DNA from: Paraphysomonas bandaiensis
Taxonomy: Eukaryota; Protista; Chrysophyceae
Length of the DNA stretch: 64,000 nt
Assembly (NCBI GenBank): GCA_965644295.1
Contig: CBFFRP010000357.1
Coordinates: 186,001 to 250,000 of the forward strand
Direction: 5' to 3'
The position numbers and the translations under genes are program-made. This document shows, in pieces, positions 51,122-62,103 of the stretch (position 1 is its first letter; each line of letters opens with the position of its first letter). Below the pieces are notes generated by a model, which saw nothing but the letters and a program-made list of their open reading frames with translations, was not told the DNA's origin and made no database searches.

Positions 51122-53587
51122 ATGTTGATTTCAGTCTTATCATCCCATAGAAAGTATCAGTTCCCAGTGACATGTCGACTGTATCGCCATATGAGTTCAT
51201 CATATACATATACTCATTTATTAAATCATACCAATCAAAGTAAACGTGAATCTTATATTCATAAAGAATCTAAACGTATCTTTACATCACCATCTATAAC
51301 AATCCATATGGTTGGGACTCATATTATTAAATATGCGAATGAGATGACTGCTAATCATATCGCTCAACTGTTATATAGTATTGGTCGTTATCAACTAATA
51401 GTACCATCAATGTATCTTGAATTACTTACTCCTGCATTTGAAAATAAATCATTTACTGCTTTTCAGTTGGGAAAAATCTTTTATGGTATGCGACGTATGA
51501 ATGCACACGACAAAGTTGTACAGGAAATGTTGCATATACTGGTGCCTGTAATTGAGAACCCACAACTGTATTTGAATTCGGATACACTGTCCAGAATTCT
51601 CTTTGGTATGCAGAGTATGTCCAGCAATAGTGGTGTTGTGCGGCAAGTGCTCCGTGCTTTATGTGTCAAATTTCGGGCTAGCAGATACCCTTTCAGGCCG
51701 AAGGAAATTTCTATGTGCCTTTACGGCCTTCGCAATATGAATAGCTCACACTCTGAAGTACGAGCATTGCTTTATGTTCTTGCTGGACTGGTGGACAATT
51801 GTGATGATATTATGTCGCCATTGGAGATCAGCAATGCCCTCTACGGCATACAAGGTATGACTTCGGAGCATGAAGAAACCCTCCGGGTCGTGAAATCTCT
51901 CAACTTTCATATCTCTAAATGTAAAAATTCTTTCAGTGCACGTGATATTATGACGGCGATGTATGGCCTACATCGTTTGTCCTCCAGTGAGTTAGAGGTG
52001 CGTACCATGTTGGAACACATCCGCAAGAAGTTGCTGTTATGCCAAGAGTCATTGTCGGGGACGCAAGTTTCGTTTTGTTTATATAGCATGCAGTGTATGA
52101 CAATACGTCATAAGGAGGTGCGTGCCATGTTGAGTGTGTTAGCGTTAAAGCTTGCTGGTGACAACTGCATCCTGGAGTCTGGCCGGTCGATAGGAAACGC
52201 ACTATATGGTATGCGTAGCATGAGTTCGGGGTGCCCTGAGGTCCTCCGAGTATTGCAGTTGCTCACTGCTGAGATATCGACTAGCGAGTCGAACCTATAT
52301 TCCCAGGATGTGGGGAACTGTTTGTATGGGTTGAAATCAATGCAGAGCACTCACTTCCGAGTGCAACAGCTGCTGTCTGCACTAGCGAATAAGGTCGATA
52401 AATTTAGTGGGAAGCTTTCTGCTCGGGATGCTTGCAGTAGTGTGTATGGACTGCAAGGCATGACATCAGAGCATGCGTCTGTTCGTGAACTAGTAGATGT
52501 GCTTTCGAAAAAGCTTCAATATAGTGCAGCAGCGAACAGTGGACAATACGTTGGCAACATGCTTTACGGTCTGAGAAGTATGAGTAGTAGTCACATCGAG
52601 GTCAGGCGTATTCTGTGTGCCATTTCCAACCTCGTCGAAGGATACAGGGGCCCGATAAATGCACATGAGCTCAGTAGTGCGCTGTTTGGCATGCAAGGCA
52701 TGAGCTCCGAATATGATGAAGTCACCCGTGCAATGTTGCTGATTTGTCAACATATGTCATCCGATAACCAAGGTTTGAACTGTCGCTGTATTGGAATGGG
52801 TCTTTATGGTCTGCAGCACATGAGTTTGTCTCATGATGCTACGTTAGATGTGCTAACGGCTTTGGGGAAATGGGTTGATCAGCATCGGAGTAATGGGGGA
52901 CATATGAGTGCAAATAGTTTGTCGCTTGCACTGTTTTCAATTTCATCTTTGATTTTTGAATTCGTGTCACGTAGTGAGCGTGGTCCCCTGCCATATGTTG
53001 TGGATTCAATCGCTAACACTCTTCTTTCCTTCATCCCACCTGACGTATCAACAATGAATGCCCCTGCAGGAAGTTTGGCAAGTTTGTACAGAAGTATTAG
53101 ACTCCTTTCTCACTTTGGAAATCCATGTTTTTCAATGGACACTACCGGGAAGCTTCATTCTTTAATGGAAGATTTCACAACTATGTCGGAGTGTGCGAAT
53201 TCTGATTTCGACAGTAAAAACCGTAGTCGGATTGAAACGGTCTTTTCGTCTTTTGCTGTAAACATTCTGTCAAAAGTAGACGAAGTGAAGTTTGTTTCTC
53301 CCAATAAAATACTCCATGGGTTCGAAGCTGATATCATTATCGGTTTATCACCAAGTGTACGCAGCGAAGGAGTCATGTACAATATTGAATTAGATGGGCC
53401 GAGTCATATATATCCGAGTAAAAAAAGATTTAGCTGTTTGAGAGACAGATACTTAGAAGAAGTGCACAGTGTTGTTGTGAAACGCATGTATATTGACACT
53501 TATGGTCACATGTCGAATAGTGAGATTGAGGAATGTGTTTTACCGTACTTACGGAAACACATATTTAATAATAACAACAATGGATGA
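51122..53587 (+). CDS. RAP-domain helical-repeat (OPR-like) organellar RNA-binding protein
   Basis: Tandem ~39-40-aa repeats with LYG(L/M)xxMSS cores; C-terminal HGFEADII..NIELDGPSH..RDRYL. Confidence 0.85.
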   Translation: MLISVLSSHRKYQFPVTCRLYRHMSSSYTYTHLLNHTNQSKRESYIHKESKRIFTSPSITIHMVGTHIIKYANEMTANHIAQLLYSIGRYQLIVPSMYLELLTPAFENKSFTAFQLGKIFYGMRRMNAHDKVVQEMLHILVPVIENPQLYLNSDTLSRILFGMQSMSSNSGVVRQVLRALCVKFRASRYPFRPKEISMCLYGLRNMNSSHSEVRALLYVLAGLVDNCDDIMSPLEISNALYGIQGMTSEHEETLRVVKSLNFHISKCKNSFSARDIMTAMYGLHRLSSSELEVRTMLEHIRKKLLLCQESLSGTQVSFCLYSMQCMTIRHKEVRAMLSVLALKLAGDNCILESGRSIGNALYGMRSMSSGCPEVLRVLQLLTAEISTSESNLYSQDVGNCLYGLKSMQSTHFRVQQLLSALANKVDKFSGKLSARDACSSVYGLQGMTSEHASVRELVDVLSKKLQYSAAANSGQYVGNMLYGLRSMSSSHIEVRRILCAISNLVEGYRGPINAHELSSALFGMQGMSSEYDEVTRAMLLICQHMSSDNQGLNCRCIGMGLYGLQHMSLSHDATLDVLTALGKWVDQHRSNGGHMSANSLSLALFSISSLIFEFVSRSERGPLPYVVDSIANTLLSFIPPDVSTMNAPAGSLASLYRSIRLLSHFGNPCFSMDTTGKLHSLMEDFTTMSECANSDFDSKNRSRIETVFSSFAVNILSKVDEVKFVSPNKILHGFEADIIIGLSPSVRSEGVMYNIELDGPSHIYPSKKRFSCLRDRYLEEVHSVVVKRMYIDTYGHMSNSEIEECVLPYLRKHIFNNNNNG

Positions 53588-53954
53588 TGATATCTAAAGT
53601 ATATGTTCACAGCTAGCTGTTCAGTAGAGTATAGAGAATGGGTTGTTTTACTTCTACAACATTGCTGTATCCTGCAGTCTTACGAGTCCGTTTAGAGTTT
53701 AGGCTATTATATATTTTCATTATATCTATATCAGGTAATATATAATCAAGTGATTTCCACTTGCACGGTGGTATATCTACCAGTAATACTTATTTTGACT
53801 TATATTTACAAGTAATACACCATACTGATCAGTAAATACATGAATGAATAGATCACAGAACGTAGTAATACTTGTACTTTGAACTTTGAATATATATCCC
53901 GTATTCAAGTGTATTAAACAAATCTTGAGCCTGATTATTGATAGAATTGATTGG

Positions 53955-54128
53955 ACATTTCACTGAAATTAACCTTGCTCTAGATTCTATACTTAAATCT
54001 TAAAAGTGTTTCATGAGAGATTCATAATTGTTAATCTAGACTTGAACATTACACTGAAGTTAACGTTGCTCTACATTCTACACGTAAACCTTAAAAGTGT
54101 TTCATGAGAGATTCATAATTGTTAATCT
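53955..54128. repeat. Two-copy direct repeat, 91-bp period
   Basis: ttaaaagtgtttcatgagagattcataattgttaatct and its flank occur twice. Confidence 0.85.
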
Positions 54129-54395
54129 CGATCACAGCATAAATGTAATAATTGGTGAATATCTGACAAACTATATTCATCCGTTAATACTGTGAGTTGA
54201 TTTATATCAATTTCAACAAAAAGTGTAACCAAAAATGGTGAAATTAATCAACTACGGTTCCACTATTTACTAGATATCATGACATCATCACTTTTAAATG
54301 CCCAGTCTGTTAAATGTGTTGAACTTCATTAATCAGCATTTCACGTCAATTCTATAACTATCACATTCACAAGTAATCATCATACAACAGATGAT

Positions 54396-55461
54396 TCACA
54401 AATCAGGGTATGACTGTCTATTAGCACTACCATGCGATGAGTCCGCAGTTTCAAATGGTAAAGGGTTTTCAGTCATAACAAGTCCTTTATCACTATAGGT
54501 CCTGCTTCGAGGAAAATCAGGTTTATCACTTTCATTGTTATCACCGATTATTAGCTTTCGCCACTTCGACAAAACAGCCGGTGACATACCGTAAGCCACA
54601 GCATCCAAAAATCCTTGAATTTTGAGGGATAGCGTATTGCTGTCATCATACCAGGTGTGGTCTGAGCCATTGAGTTCTGCAACTCTGAGAAATAAACAAG
54701 TAAGCCGCGCATATTCAGCTACGTGCAACAAACCTATGGAATACTGGAAATATGTACACCAAAACCAGTATAATAGGGTACCACTTTATTCTGTCGACAA
54801 CAGCAGCCACTCTTCTCGCAGTTACTGCATTGCTCCGCTGTATATATATGAGGGATTGTGTGAAGTCAAAAGCAATTGTTCATACCTGCCATGATCGAAT
54901 TCTTAATGACACCATTATATACACAGCAGTGTTAAACACAACAGCAACAAGTAGTGGTATATAAAAGATTCCTGCCATCCATAAAAAACCAACTTGCCGC
55001 CTTCTCTTGTCATCATATTCGGTTTTAATCCAACAGTAGTCATCCACACCATTTAATCCGTAACTACTTGTGGTGAGTGGAAGCAGAGCCAATATCAGAG
55101 GTGTCCCCCATACGAACACTTTATGAAAATCAGTAATCTTAACATCAAAATTATCTGAACGACGTTGAAGGAAAACTTTCCGCATACTATCTGCTACTAC
55201 TACAGTTGTAAATATACTTACAAGATTAGCATATGTTTCAATGATACCAAATAAGACACATACAGTATGATTATTATAAGCATATTGTTGTAAGAATGTT
55301 AAACAACAATATCCCCATGATCCCACAGCTAACCACATTGCAAAAGTTAATGATGTTTTCTTCCTTAAATCAGGAAATACAATATAATTAGTAAACGTAA
55401 AGCATCCTCCTATAAGGGAGAGGAGGGTAGCTACTATGATTAATTGTCTTAATAGAGTCAT
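54396..55461 (-). CDS. GPCR of the cAMP-receptor/GCR1-like family, spliced
   Basis: SLIGGCF, HKVFVWGTPLILALLP, YCWI, FYIPL, QGFLDAVAYG. Confidence 0.85.
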
Positions 55462-55591
55462 GTGATTAGATGTGAGGATTGAATAGAAGGGTTTTATATG
55501 ATGAAAAGAGAGAAGGGAAGGTATACATGAGGGAGATGAAGTATGGGTGGAGATAGATGGATATATATATGAGTATTAAACGGTCATGAGA

Positions 55592-55950
55592 TGTATGTAT
55601 GTATGTATGTATGTATGTATGTATGTATGTATGTATGTATGTATGTATGTATGTATGTATGTATGTATGTATGTATGTATGTATGTATGTATGTATGTAT
55701 GTATGTATGTATGTATGTATGTATGTATGTATGTATGTATGTATGTATGTATGTATGAATGTATGTATGTATGTATGTATGTATGTATGTATGTATGTAT
55801 GTATGTATGTATGTATGTATGTATGTATGTATGTATGTATGTATGTATGTATGTATGTATGTATGTATGTATGTATGTATGTATGTATGTATGTATGTAT
55901 GTATGTATGTATGTATGTATGTATGTATGTATGTATGTATGTATGTATGT
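55592..55950. repeat. (TATG)n microsatellite
   Basis: About 360 bp between divergent genes. Confidence 0.95.
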
Positions 55951-56190
55951 TTTTAAGTGGAATATCCTCATTTATAGTCTCAAAAACTGGTTTTTTGCTC
56001 TGTTTGTTACGAAGTTCTTTGAGTCATTTTCAGTCTGAGGGACGCACTTCCTCCAGGAGAGCGAAGTGTGAATGAAGTGTGCTGGTGTGTATCTTACATG
56101 TCAGAGTAGCTCTATGTGTAGCTCTATGTGTGTATGTATGTGTGTGTGTTTATATGGATATTAAGCCAATCTGATGATCGTCGCATGCAT

Positions 56191-57729
56191 ATGAATCAGT
56201 GTTATAAGTCGAGTATATCTGTTCTTAACGATGATGTGCTGCGTCTCATCATCTCTATGATCCCACACACGGCTCTTCTTCCTGTGGTCATGACTAGTAA
56301 GAGACTTCACGATATAGTCTACACTGATAAGAGGAGAAGGAGGCTACAGTCACATGCATCTCACTACTGTATGACCAACTCAATGGTCTCATGGGCTCTG
56401 TCTGTGGGCTGCCCACACACACTGATAATGAATACATGTGCACTATACGGCAGACTACAGCAGATGATACACCTCGCGAGACATATATATACCCATACAT
56501 ATATCCCACCATGTCCATGGGATGAATTGACTTGCGCTGCTGCTGCTGAGGGTGGGCACTTGGATGTTCTGAAGTGGCTTCGTTCACAGGACCCTCCATG
56601 CCCACTGTTAACATTCACTTGCGCTGCAGCTGCTGAGGGTGGGCACTTAGATATTCTGAAATGGCTTCGTTCACAGGACCCTCCTTGTCCATGGGATGAA
56701 GACACTTTTGATGCTGCTGCGAGGCATGGACACATAAATATTTTGAAATGGCTTCGTTCACAGGACCCTCCTTGTCCATGGAATGAATGGACTTGCGAAA
56801 CTGCTGCGAGGCATGGACACATGAATGTTCTGAAGTGGCTTCGTTCACAGGACCCTCCTTGTCCATGGAGTGAATGGACTTGCGAAACTGCTGCGACGCA
56901 TGGACACTTGAATGTTCTGAAGTGGCTTCGTTCACAGGACCCTCCTTGTCCATGGAGTGAATGGACTTGCGAAACTGCTGCGACGCATGGACACTTGAAT
57001 GTTCTGAAGTGGCTTCGTTCACAGGACCCTCCTTGTCCATGGCGTGAATCGATTTGCTGTGGTGCTGCTAGTGGTGGGCACTTGGATGTTCTGAAGTGGC
57101 TTCGTTCACAGGACCCTCCATGTCCATTGGGAAGAATCACTTGCGATGCTGCTGCTGTGGGTGGGAAATTGGGTGTTCTGAAGTGGCTTCGTTCACAGGA
57201 CCCTCCTTGTCCATTGGGAAGATTCACTTGCGATGCTGCTGCTGTGGGTGGGAAATTGGGTGTTCTGAAGTGGCTTCGTTCACAGGACCCTCCATGTTCA
57301 TGGCATGAAAGGACTTGTACTGCTGCTGCTGTGGGTGGGCACTTGAATGTTCTGAAGTGGCTTCGTTCACAGGACCCTCCATGTCCATGGCGTGAATATG
57401 CTTGTGATGTTGCTGCTGTGGGTGGGAACTTGGATGTTCTGAAGTGGCTTCGGCTACAGGACCCTCCATGTCCATGGCATGAAAGGACTTGTACTGCTGC
57501 TGCTGTGGGTGGGCACTTGGATGTTCTGAAGTGGCTTCGTTCACAGGACCCTCCATGTCCATGGGACGAAGACACTTGTGAAGCTGCTGCGAGGCATGGA
57601 CACGTGAATATTTGGGAGTGGCTTCGGCTACAGGATCCTTCTTGTCCATGGCATAAAAGGACTTGCGCTGCTGCTGCTGCGGGTAGGCACTTCGATATTG
57701 TGAATTGGCTTCAGAAATGTGCATGTTAG
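56191..57729 (+). CDS. Ankyrin-like repeat protein (WLRSQDPPCPW type) with F-box-like N-terminus
   Basis: 14 tandem 29-aa (87-bp) repeats TCxAAAxGGHLxVLKWLRSQDPPCPW; LNDDVLRLIISMI near the N-terminus; start codon uncertain. Confidence 0.85.
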   Translation: MNQCYKSSISVLNDDVLRLIISMIPHTALLPVVMTSKRLHDIVYTDKRRRRLQSHASHYCMTNSMVSWALSVGCPHTLIMNTCALYGRLQQMIHLARHIYTHTYIPPCPWDELTCAAAAEGGHLDVLKWLRSQDPPCPLLTFTCAAAAEGGHLDILKWLRSQDPPCPWDEDTFDAAARHGHINILKWLRSQDPPCPWNEWTCETAARHGHMNVLKWLRSQDPPCPWSEWTCETAATHGHLNVLKWLRSQDPPCPWSEWTCETAATHGHLNVLKWLRSQDPPCPWRESICCGAASGGHLDVLKWLRSQDPPCPLGRITCDAAAVGGKLGVLKWLRSQDPPCPLGRFTCDAAAVGGKLGVLKWLRSQDPPCSWHERTCTAAAVGGHLNVLKWLRSQDPPCPWREYACDVAAVGGNLDVLKWLRLQDPPCPWHERTCTAAAVGGHLDVLKWLRSQDPPCPWDEDTCEAAARHGHVNIWEWLRLQDPSCPWHKRTCAAAAAGRHFDIVNWLQKCAC

Positions 57730-58076
57730 GAACAAACGTGTGACACTTCTGCTTAAGTGTGCTTAAGGTGGACTCTTAGTCGTGCTGAATTGGTTTTCTT
57801 TGCGGCACCGAGAGGTTTATTTTATTATCCATGTATGAAATTATTATAATATCCTGATTATCGTGTGTATCGATTACTTTTTCTTTACTGATTGAACCCC
57901 AATCACCTTCTTAATTCCACTTTTATACCGCTTTGGGTCGCTTCGTAATGGTACCCTCTGTATATAGTAAATGGGGCTTGTAGCTGTATTATAAATATTA
58001 CAAATTAAGTTAAAATACTCTTACTTTAATTGTGAGATTGAAGAAAAGATGCCGCTAATTCAATATTCTATTATAC

Positions 58077-59150
58077 AGGGCCAGTCAACAATACATTGCA
58101 AGCAAAAATAAAAGATAATAATAATATTTTCAAGACCAATAATAATTATTAAATACGTTGCAATATATTGATATATATTGGGCGCTAAGGAGAAGAAATG
58201 AGCTCGATCGGTAGAAACTAGTTATTAGTAGAGGTTACAACATTACTAGTAGCTACTCTAAGTGTTCCAACTCTTCGTCACTGTCGTCCTTATTCTTATG
58301 ATCGGACAGTCCATCATCGATGACCTGTTGCACTGTCTTTGTGGTCCACAAGTGCTTATTGAAGCGAAGGAACAGCAGCAGTTCGAGGCGTCGTGGGGTC
58401 ATTCCATGTCAAAAGTGTGTCATGATAACATTAGCTCCGCTGAACAAACGCTCCACAACGTTTGTTGTACTATATATGTGCTTGGTCAAACGGTATTGGG
58501 TGTCAAGCTGCCGTCGTAACTTCGTGCTGGCTCTATGGCTTTCAAAAGCAGCAGCAGCGTTTCTTACATTTGTTACTTCGACGGCCCTATCCAGTGAATC
58601 AGCTTCTTCTATGTCTAACTGCAGTTCACCTTCTTGTTGTAGCAGCATATAGACACACAGCTAAATCCCTTAAATTCTTCTCGCAGCTGCAAAATTCGTG
58701 AATGCTCTGCTCTCTAAGAGATCGGTAGCAAAACTTTCATCATCCAAGTTGCAGTCGGACAGCTTTTCTTCAATCCCCACGTAGCGATTCACCATATATT
58801 AGCAAATACAGAACCCCATTTTATGCTGCTGAGAAGAGCCCACTTGGTCCCTCTTTTCCTCAGTTTACTGCTGTTCTTGAGTGTTCTCAAAGCGTTAGAA
58901 AGAGTTTGATGAGTCCGTGGTAATGAGTTTCAATGAAAGTCATCACTGCTAGATGCAGCTTGTGTGAAGAACAGCCAAACAGAGGAACGATTTCTTCAAT
59001 CTAAAGCCCAATAAGTCTTGCCAATGTAGGGCTAGTTGCTGCGTTCGAGGTTTTATACTTTCCAAGCAGTGGTTGCTATACCATTTCTAGATTTTTATCT
59101 TTATCTTCCATATCGGCATCCTTTGTATGTTTTTGTTCCAAGATGCCTCT
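58077..59150 (-). mobile_element. Degenerate hAT transposase remnant (right boundary approximate)
   Basis: STTNVVERLFSGAN dimerization motif; terminus cagggccagtcaacaata and ttgcaatatattg subterminal motif resemble the 18643 element. Confidence 0.7.
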
Positions 59151-59160
59151 AATATTGTAT

Positions 59161-59393
59161 CGGCAGTCAGTATCTTATTTTTCGGAAATAAATTGAAAGA
59201 AATATTTTCTATATTACTGCAATACAACTACGGCTGTAATACAGAGAATTGCTGTCTCAATATATGAGGCATTTTTGAACAAAAATACACCAAGGATGCC
59301 ATTGCGACAATAATTATCTGTATTTCAGCCGTAGTTCTACTTCAGAAGAATTTTAAATTTCCGAAGGAAAAATATGATGCTTCTTCACTGCCG
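59161..59393. mobile_element. Foldback/MITE-like imperfect palindrome
   Basis: cggcagt..ttcggaaat..aactacggctgtaatacaga pairs with tctgtatttcagccgtagtt..atttccgaa..actgccg. Confidence 0.6.
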
Positions 59394-59556
59394 GCGTATG
59401 TATGTATGTACAGTATGCACATTCCTGTACGTACATGACGGTGAATGTTCTGAGTTGAAGAATTTTCTTTTGTGTGGTCTGTGAAGTTGTGTTGAAGATA
59501 CTTTTGTAATTTTTTTGTTGTCTCTCCAGCACTTTTGATTAACTTCGAAGAGTACT

Positions 59557-60357
59557 AAGCAACAAGCAACCAGCAACAAGCAACCAGCAACAAGCAACCA
59601 GCAACCAGAAACCAGCAACCAGCAACAAGCAACCAGCAACCAGAAACCAGCAACCAGCAACAAGCAACCAGAAACAAGCAACCAGCAACAAGCAACCAGC
59701 AACAAGCAACCAGCAACCAGAAACCAGCAACCAGCAACAAGCAACCAGCAACCAGAAACCAGCAACCAGCAACAAGCAACCAGAAACAAGCAACCAGCAA
59801 CAAGCAACCAGCAACAAGCAACCAGCAACCAGAAACCAGCAACCAGCAACAAGCAACCAGCAACAAGCAACCAGCAACAAGCAACCAGCAACAAGCAACC
59901 AGCAAGAAGCAACAATCAACCAGCAACCAGCAACAAGCAACCAGCAACAAGCAACCAGAAACAAGCAACCAGAAACAATCAACAAGCAACCAGCAACCAG
60001 CAACAAGCAACCAGCAACAAGCAACCAGCAACAAGCAACCAGCAACCAGCAAGAAGCAACAATCAACCAGCAACCAGCAACAATCAACCAGAAACAAGCA
60101 ACAAGCAACCAGCAACAAGCAACCAGCAACAAGCAACCAGCAACAAGCAACCAGCAACAAGCAACCAGAAACAAGCAACCAGAAACAATCAACAAGCAAC
60201 CAGCAACCAGCAACAAGCAACCAGCAACAAGCAACCAGCAACAAGCAACCAGCAACCAGCAAGAAGCAACAATCAACCAGCAACCAGCAACAATCAACCA
60301 GAAACAAGCAACAAGCAACCAGAAACAAGCAACAAGCAACCAGCAAGAAGCAGCAAC
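59557..60357. repeat. Compound heptamer array (CAACCAG/CAACAAG/AAACCAG) with higher-order duplication
   Basis: About 800 bp, nearly T-free on the plus strand. Confidence 0.92.
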
Positions 60358-60375
60358 GGTAACCAGAAAGATACC

Positions 60376-61728
60376 ATGCAAGCATCATCCCCTCAACTGA
60401 AAAGTATCGTGTTCGTACATCCAACGAATTATCTCCGTTTTCAAATCCGTGGCATTCACGATAAGCCAACCACTCTCAACCAATGTACCAAGTCTACCCT
60501 AATAGACTTAGGTGAAAAACTCTGTGATGTCATACTCACTGGAAAGAAAATGGAAATTAAGGATGAATTGGAGGAACTTTTGTATAAAGCGTACCTTAAG
60601 CGTCCATTGAATAAGTACCCTCGCAAGAAAGGGAAGGTCACTCTTTCTCTTGGTGTTGGACTCTTCCAATTCGTTTTTCTTCAGGATCAGAATGATCGTA
60701 TTTCTACTAAAGACAAATTGAGTTCTTTAGAACTTGAAGTGATCTGTACTGCCCTTAAACTCAATGTCGGCTCGAAACGTACAAAGAAAGAAATGTTGGA
60801 ACTAATCATGACTCACCTTTATTCCCTCAAACCCCAGAGCTATCCTCTCAAATTTTCTCGCGATCACCGGGAATGTGCTCATGAAATGTGCCAGCAAGTG
60901 CTTGATGCAAATCGTTTTCACTACTGCTCTCGCCACCACAAGCAAGAAGTCATTGCGAATTACCTTGCAAGATACACTGAAAACAATGATGCCATGGGAG
61001 TGTACCTAGCAAAGTTACTGCTGCACGAAGCCTTGAATAAGCGTACAAACAACCTCCAACCTCTACTTCAAGCTGATCCTCCACCGATACCTCAATGGGT
61101 CAAGACAAATATGGATGTATTCAAATTTTACGAGCCATATATTCCTTTATTGCTGACAGCGCTTGGGGCGAATGTTGACAATTCGCCAAACTCTGCGCGA
61201 AAAGATCAGCAATTGCGTAGCAAGCAACTGGCGAATATGTTCCGCTCGAAGAGCCACACGAAGATACGCCTGATGGATGGACATTGTGGATTTCTCTTCC
61301 TCTTCATCTCCGAACTTATCAAAAAGTACTCCTATAAGGGAATGAAGAAAATTGAGCAAATAATTAATCGCACATGCATTGAGCTTGTGGATATTGATAA
61401 TGATGTGACCAAGTGGCATAGAATGATGTATCCGTCATTCAAATGCGTTACTGAAGATATCTTCTCAGGTCCCATTACCGATACCACACTACTGTATCCC
61501 AATTTCTGCGGTGTGAGCAAATCTTGGAAGAACGTGAAGCATTATCTGGAGCATGTTGAAGTGAAGGAGTTCTTGTTGTCTTTTTCACTTCGTAATGCAG
61601 GCGACAAGCCACGCTCTCTGAGATATATTTGTAGGGAAGCAAATCTCAAATGCACGAAGGTGGAGACTGGACGGAACAACTTTATCACGTTTATTATAAC
61701 CAATAAACGAAGTGCAAAGGATGACTAA
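60376..61728 (+). CDS. Orphan protein (450 aa) with C-C-C-H finger and possible SAM-binding fold
   Basis: Intronless ORF; CAHEMC..YCSRH; RLMDGHCG..IELVDID. Confidence 0.6.
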   Translation: MQASSPQLKSIVFVHPTNYLRFQIRGIHDKPTTLNQCTKSTLIDLGEKLCDVILTGKKMEIKDELEELLYKAYLKRPLNKYPRKKGKVTLSLGVGLFQFVFLQDQNDRISTKDKLSSLELEVICTALKLNVGSKRTKKEMLELIMTHLYSLKPQSYPLKFSRDHRECAHEMCQQVLDANRFHYCSRHHKQEVIANYLARYTENNDAMGVYLAKLLLHEALNKRTNNLQPLLQADPPPIPQWVKTNMDVFKFYEPYIPLLLTALGANVDNSPNSARKDQQLRSKQLANMFRSKSHTKIRLMDGHCGFLFLFISELIKKYSYKGMKKIEQIINRTCIELVDIDNDVTKWHRMMYPSFKCVTEDIFSGPITDTTLLYPNFCGVSKSWKNVKHYLEHVEVKEFLLSFSLRNAGDKPRSLRYICREANLKCTKVETGRNNFITFIITNKRSAKDD

Positions 61729-62103
61729 AGTTCGGGAAGGCATACTAGCACTTATTACTAATTACTATTCAAAATATTGAATAGAAACATGCCCAATAAT
61801 CACGGCCTTTTCGTGGCGGGTGTGATAAGTAGCAGCCAGTTATTGGCAGTAGCACGGCTGTGAAACTAACTGTGATTAAAAAATATCGTATTATACTTGC
61901 AAATAGTTTTCTACAACAAGGGTCTTTTTAACTCTTCACACATAGACCGACTATCTCTACAATATGTTTCTGTGGACTAAGCATTGTGTTTTACCTATCT
62001 TTTACACGATGAACACTTAACGTGCTTGAATTTTGTATTTTTCTTGAAAACTAAGACTATTCTTGCAATGTACATCACAAATAAATTGCATGTGTATATC
62101 GAG

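Noticed and set aside
59385-60469. Cys/Trp/Leu-rich minus-strand ORFs
   Set aside because: Antisense readings of the heptamer array.
59410-61750. TA-flanked TIR element enclosing the heptamer array and orphan ORF
   Set aside because: Only a weak partial match between cagtatgcacattcc and ggaaggcatact; no convincing TIR or TSD.
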